Assembly: GCA_036172245.1 (NCBI GenBank)
Contig: JAYWIR010000013.1
Span: 2,170,001-2,234,000, forward strand
DNA length: 64,000 bases
Origin: Raillietiella orientalis
Taxonomy: Eukaryota
Direction: 5' to 3'
Shown here: piece after piece, positions 58,401-64,000 of the stretch
How the letters are laid out: each line of letters opens with the position of its first letter
Position numbering within the stretch: the first letter of the stretch is position 1
Notes under the pieces: generated by a model
Database searches by the model: none
Told to the model about the DNA's origin: nothing
What the model saw: the letters and a program-made list of their open reading frames with translations, nothing else
Translations under genes and position numbers: made by a program

Positions 58401-61400
58401 GCGGGGAAAGGGTGGGGTGGGGAGGGCGATACTATAAAGCGGAATCGTACAAAACGAGAGAGACACAGCGGTGCAACTTGCAGGAGGAGCATCTCGTGCT
58501 GGCGCCCGCGGTTCTATCGCTTCAGGTGAAGGGGGGGGGGGGGAGAGCCGCAGCTCTCGCAATCCGCTCAGAGGGTGGATTCCGACGGCACCAGAGCGAG
58601 ATCGGGGTCAGCGGCTTTTACGACGGTGAACCGGTAAGGGAAGAGAACCGGCGTTTTTTCGATTCGGTCTTTCCTTCTTGCTCCTCCTCTTTCCCGCGCT
58701 CCCGGACCGCAGAGCCGCTCTTTTTTCTTTCCTTCCCCTTTTCTGCTCGCTGCAAGTCGTCTTGCTAGCCCTGGAGGCGCTCGCCTTTGCGTGCCCTGCC
58801 TCTCGCGCGCAGGACCCACCCGCGCTTTCTCCGGGAGCGACCGATAGCGGGCGCGCTGGCGCTGGGCGAGGTTCCGTCAAAGAGCAACTGTGCCGGCCTT
58901 CCATCCTGCCGACTGCTGCCCGTCCCTCATCCCCGGAGACCGCTCCACCGCCGCGAAAGCGGACCATTTCTTGACATTTTCAGACCGTCGCGTGCTCTTC
59001 CGAGTGAACTACAGCAAGAAGTTGAGGGAGATCATTACCGAGACGAAACTCCTGGAGAAGCAACGGTTCGGCGTCCCCGAGCTGGCAAAGAGCGTGGCCC
59101 TGCAGGAAGCCAAGTATTTTTCGTACATCACGGAGCTGGAAGATGTGCTAAAGAGATACCAGAAGTTGTCGGCCTTCCACGAAAAGGTTCGTCCGCCCGT
59201 CCCTTCGGCGACCTCGCCGCTCGCGGCCGCCTCCGTCCCGGAAAATCGAACCGTCCCCGCTGAGCGGCCTGCCACGAGCTTTTGCCCGCAGAGCTACCTG
59301 AGGCCTCTGTTTCTTCCGCTGGAGGAGACGCTGCAGGCGGGGTGCCGGCGCGTCAATTGGAACTCTTTGGTTCTGCCGGAGTACATCCAGAGGGCCGCGG
59401 CGCAGCTGAGCTCCCTGGAGAACGTCATCCTGCAGACGCAAAAGATCGAGGACAGCCTGTGCCGCGAGGTGTGCTCCATAGCTGAGACCCGCATCTTCCG
59501 GGTGTCTCGCAAGGACGTCGCCGGCAGCCAGGCGACTCCCCAGAAGGCCTGCAGGATGAAGTGCAAGGTAGACCCGAAGTCACGGGGCGGTGCGCACCTT
59601 CCTCTCCAGGAGTTCTTCAGCTACCTGGAGAAGGTGAAGTCGCACGAGGAGAAGGTTCTGGTCCGCAAGTACCGCTCGGTACCGCCATTCCTGATCAAGC
59701 TGGAGAGCCTGGTCGTGAACGGGAGCACCGGCAGGGAGCCCCTGATGGCCGGGCTCTACTCCTCTTGGGAGATGAGGCTCTACGAAAGCGCCCTGAGGTG
59801 ACTCCCCCCCCTCCGTGCCCTGCCTGCTTCGACCGAGATGCCGCCGCCGCGCGCGTCCTTCGGGCGGCTGCTGCTGCTGCGTGGGGGGCTCCAGCAGAGA
59901 GCGGGTGGGAGATGCCGCCTCCCCGACGTAGACGTGCGCGCTTTCCAGGATGGTGTCGGCGAACCTGGACGACTTCAGCTACGCGCTCGTCCACGGAGAC
60001 CCGCTCTTTTACGTGGAGACCGTCCTCGTCCCGCCGGAGGTCGTCCTCTCCCCCGCACCGAACGAAATCCTCAAAATGATTTTGCTGTACGCCAAGGACA
60101 TCGTCGACACGTGAGTGGGGACGGTGGACGACGATCCCTTTCGCGCGGGAGGTCGCGTCCGGAGGGGAACGCCTGCACCTCCCTTTCTTTGGAGGGGGTG
60201 GAAAGGGAGAAGTAAGAAGCCAACGGGTCCGCGCGCCCCCCTTCGCATCGGCCGCCCTCCTGCACGCGAGCTCTGGGCCGCCTCCCGCGGGGGCGCGCGC
60301 CCGGTGCGCTCCGATTCGACGGCGCTCCGATGGGAGTCCCTCGCGTCTGCCGAGCGCGCCATCTGCGCGCGCAACTTTGCCTCCGGGTTTGCCCGGGACG
60401 TTCCGGCGGCAGCGGACGAGACCAGGCGCTCTTTTCCTTCTCCCGGAGAGAGGTCGCGCCTGGTGCGGGCGAAAAGTGGACGAGACCGCTCGCCCACTCG
60501 TCCGCGCTGCTTCCTTCGGAGCGCACCGCGCCACACGGGGAGCGCGCAATTCCCGCGTCGCGAGCCGGTTTTCACCCGGCTCTCTGGCGCGCGCGGCTCG
60601 CAGGGCGAAGAGAGCGAAGCCTGCGACTGGCTGCGCGGAGGCCTTTCCTCGCGCGCCGGTGCGCGCATCCCCGCGGGGACCGCGTTCGGGAGCGATCCGT
60701 TCCCGTAGGAACAGAGTCCGTGCCCGCGGGCGCGCGGCGGAGACCTCTTCGGGGCAGGAAGTGGGGAAAGCAAGCGTCCCCCGCGGCATTTCCGGAAACC
60801 CGACCGGAGCTGGGCAGTCGTCTCGCTGGCGCCAACGCACCTGCCTACCGCACCTACGGCGGCCGCCCGCATCGCCAAACGGGCACCGAGACAGGCAGGC
60901 AGAAGAGGCACAGAATCAAGCAAGAGGCGATCCTGGCAATCCTGAGTTTCCAATTGGCGAGCAGCTGGCACCCCTCTCGGCGCGCCCCGCAGCCCGCAGT
61001 GCTGCTGTCAGTCGACCTTCCTCTGCCATCCACGTGCTCTTCCCCTCCGTTTTCCGGCGGCGGCCGAGAGGGCGGGCGGTCCCGTTCGCAGCCTCTCCTC
61101 CTCCGCACTCCTTCCGCTCCTGAAGGTGGAAGCGCCCCCGAGGCGGCGGCTCGTCCGCTGTCGCGCAGGGTTGCCCCCAGCGGGCAGGCAGGAGGTGGCC
61201 CCCGTCCTCTTGCGCGCGCGCGCGCACGCGCCTGGGGAGCAGAGCCAGCCACTCACTGCTGGGCTTCCTGGACCAGTACCAAGCTGCTGATTCGCTGGTC
61301 GGACGGCACGTGCGTGGAGGTGGCCGCAGGCAAGGTTGCAGGGGCCCAGGACCCGCACGTCTTCTCCTTCTTCCCCGACGTCGCCAACCACCCGGACGTT

Positions 61401-63614
61401 GCGGGAGCCGTGGAGCGCCTGGAGGGCGGCGCGCGGCAGCTGATCGACAGCGTCTGCAGTCTGTCGCGCAGGTAGGGTGGGCGAGCCCCGCAGGAAGAGA
61501 TACCCCCACGTGTTCCCCTCCCCCTTCCTTCCTTCCTTCCCGTCGCAGGTTCGACGTCTACAGGCAGCTGTGGAGGGAGGACCGTCCGTCCGTCTGCGAG
61601 GCGTTCCTCGAGGGGGCGCCGACGGTTCCGCAGCTGGACGAGGAGTGCCAGCACTACATAGGCATCGCCGAAGAGCTGGGCGCAGCCGAGGAGACCGCGC
61701 AGCGGGGGTGCATCGAGTAAGTGACCCTGCCGCGTCCCATAGCGCAGGCCGCTCACCCGCGCGCGCTCGCTCGCCAGGATAAGGATGGGCGGCCTGGCGG
61801 ACGACCTGAAGAGGCACGCGCGCCAGTGGGTGCGTCTTCTCGGCGGCGGTCTCCACAGGAGGGCGCGCCTCCAGCTGGACGCCCTGGTCAAGAAGATGAA
61901 CGTAGGCGGGAATCGCCCGAGGGGTGGTCTCAGGGACGCGCGCAGGCCCTCCGGAGCGGCGTGGAGGCGGCGACGGCCGCGAGAGACGTCGGCGAGCTGA
62001 GGCGCGTCCTGCGGGCTGTGGCCGAGGTCCGCGGGTGGTCATTCGAGGTGGAGCTGCAAATCCGGGACCTCGGCGAGTGCTACAGGGCCCTGAGGATGTG
62101 GGGCGTCGAGGTGAGCGGGCGGGCGGTGTCCACGATGTCCCTTTCGGAGCCGCGCGGTTCCCCCCGCAGGTCGGTGAGATCGAGGGCAGGGCAGTCGCGG
62201 GCCTGCCCGCCGCCTGGCGCAGGCTCGTCGGCGCAGCGGAGGCGGCCGACGCGCAGCTGTCCGGCCAGAAGGAAGCGCTCAGAGCTGCCACGCGGCTGGG
62301 CGTCGAGGACTTGCAGCGGAGTGCAAACGAGCTTCACTCGCGCCTGGGCAGGAGCCAACTGGACGCCCCCGAGGGCGGGGACTTGGACGCCGTCTTCAGG
62401 TCGCTGCAGGTCAGTGCCGACGCGTCAGCTTTGCTCTCTTCGCGCTGGCGGGGAGCGAACTCAAGCGGCCACGAAGCCGGCCAATCGCGTCCGCGCACCC
62501 CCGGCAGAGGCCAATCGGCGCGCACGTTCACCCTTCCCGTCCAGTCCGCCAAAGTTCCGCGCACCCGAGGGGAGTCCGAGGCCTCTCCCCTCCGGAGGAC
62601 GGGTGACTGGAGCCCGGGAGCAGCCGCGTTTCCGGCGACGCGAGCGAAAAACGGCGCAGCCTCCTACCCTCCCAGGTCATCGTCCCGGAGATGGCGCGCC
62701 TTTCGCGCACCCCTATCTCAGCGGTCGCAAGGGGCGCACGGGGAAGGGCAGCTCTTCCCGGGTGGACCCGGAAACTCCTCCTTCTTTCCGCCAGGCATCG
62801 CCTCGCTCTTTGGACGGCGGCATCTCTTCTGCTCCTAGCGCGCCTCGGAGCGGCGGCTCCCTCCTCTGCCGGCGGCAACAATTGCAACTTCCCCTCTCCC
62901 CCTCCTTCTCTGTGTTGGTGTTCCTCGGGGGGAGAGTGCCCCGAGGCACCCTCCCTGGTTACCGCCAGGATGCGCCAGCGCCTCAGGCTCCATCCTGGAC
63001 CACCCTCCTCCACGGCACCGCGTTGTCCCCGAATCCCTGCATTCGCACCAGGGAGGCGCGGGGACGGGGTGTTCCCTTCCCCGGGGGGGGAGGCCGCTCT
63101 TGGGCGCGCCTCGGAGCGGGTGACGACGGGCACGGAGCAATTTCCCTCCCCCCTCCTGGTGCTCCATCTCCGCAGCCGCGGCCGAACTGCGCCTCAGATG
63201 GGCGCGCGGTCGTCGTCGTTGCAGAGCTGCGCGTAGCTGTCGCTGCGGCGCTGCTGCCATCTCGCCGACTGCCTTCCGCTCACGCGCCGCTCTGCGCGCT
63301 GGGACCCTGAGAGGCGGGCGGCCTTTGCTCAGTGTCGCCGCCCGCCCGCGCGTGCCGCGGGGAGAAGGAGGGGGGAGGGAGGAGAGGAGACGCAGCGCCT
63401 CGCCCCGCCCTCCGCTCAGCAGCAGTGTTTTCTCCTGTTCTTCTGGCTGCAGGGCTTCAAGGAGGAGTTCGCCGTTCTGGAAGCGAGGCGGCAGGAGCTG
63501 GTCAGCGCGGAAAGGCTCCTCGGCCTGCCGGTCACCGCCTACCCCAAGCACTCGGATGTGCAGAGGCGCCTCGAGGCCACCGACTGCATCTTCGCGCTCT
63601 ACAGCCGGCTGAAG
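46500..63614 (+). CDS. DNAH10: Axonemal inner-arm dynein heavy chain 10 (dynein f/I1 alpha; Dhc98D-like), N-terminal tail region only; the gene continues past the window end
   Basis: 22 phase-consistent exons: 46500-46707, 47581-47675, 49601-49828, 49910-50067, 51931-52114, 52712-52951, 53022-53212, 53531-53729, 54923-55170, 57634-57778, 57938-58087, 58144-58282, 58984-59186, 59292-59567, 59610-59797, 59949-60110, 61277-61471, 61549-61716, 61778-61901, 61946-62110, 62170-62409, 63453-63614. DHC_N1 motifs are collinear with DNAH10: HPLGEIKFW, AKDNVRILATLERHLK, LRMMWVLSWYYNSDETIVPVLERIAW, RWEFDVKRLFERTDYVAQVCEDL, PPVFKGYPEVAGAVYWERMLLQRIK, FRVNYSKKLREIITETKLLEKQRFGVPELAKSVALQE, KYRSVPPFLIKLESLV, IRWSDGTCVE, ELVSAERLLGLPVTAYP. 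Confidence 0.93.
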
Positions 63615-64000
63615 GTAACGCGCGCGAGCGTCCACCCTCCCTTGGGTATCCGCCCGCCGCTATCTTGGAAAAACAAGGGGCTGCCCCCGACGGGGTCGCG
63701 GCGACGACAGACCTACCGACGGACGCCGCGGGTGCTCTCCCGACAGCGAGCGCTCCCTTGCCACCCGCCTTCCACGGGGCTGAGCTTTTCGTGGCACTGG
63801 AACCTATCCGGGACTCCAGCGACGTTCCTGCCTTGCCGGAGCAGTCGCTCTGTCGCGTCGGCAGCGCCGGGAGGCATCGGTGGAAGCTGGCTGGAGGGTC
63901 CGGAGGGCACCCCTTGTTCGTGTGGGGAGTCGCCCTGGAGAGCTTTCCCCTTCGCTGCGGGCCGTTGCTCCCTAGTCATCCCTAGGGATGCTGGCATGCG

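Overview
This is eukaryotic genomic DNA with spliceosomal GT-AG introns, many of them only 42-90 nt. It most likely comes from an arthropod, inferred from the Thd1-type TDG architecture and the Miro C-terminal exon layout. Four protein-coding genes were reconstructed exon by exon with consistent splice phases: (1) a Thd1/TDG thymine-DNA glycosylase with AT-hooks and a long Ser/Pro/Tyr-rich tail (+, ~13.9-17.4 kb); (2) ribosomal protein S15A (+, 27.9-29.0 kb); (3) the mitochondrial Rho GTPase Miro (-, 34.3-29.1 kb), tail-to-tail with RpS15A; and (4) the 5' part of a strongly diverged, GC-rich axonemal inner-arm dynein heavy chain DNAH10 (+, 46.5 kb to past the window end). The window is a compositional mosaic: AT-rich, CpG-poor blocks cover the housekeeping genes and GC/CpG-rich blocks cover the dynein and the unannotated intervals. 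Regions 1-10, 18-27 and 35-45 kb contain no gene I can recognise, and most ORFs listed there look like GC-driven or antisense noise. I found no CRISPR array, rRNA, tRNA, intact transposon or clearly new multi-gene system. The best leads are unusual active-site substitutions and corepressor-like motifs in TDG, a long hairpin in the RpS15A intron, an altered P-loop and a cassette exon in Miro, an RFX X-box promoter for DNAH10, and an unexplained 1.8-kb ORF at 39.8-41.6 kb. All homology calls come from recalled family motifs, not from database searches.
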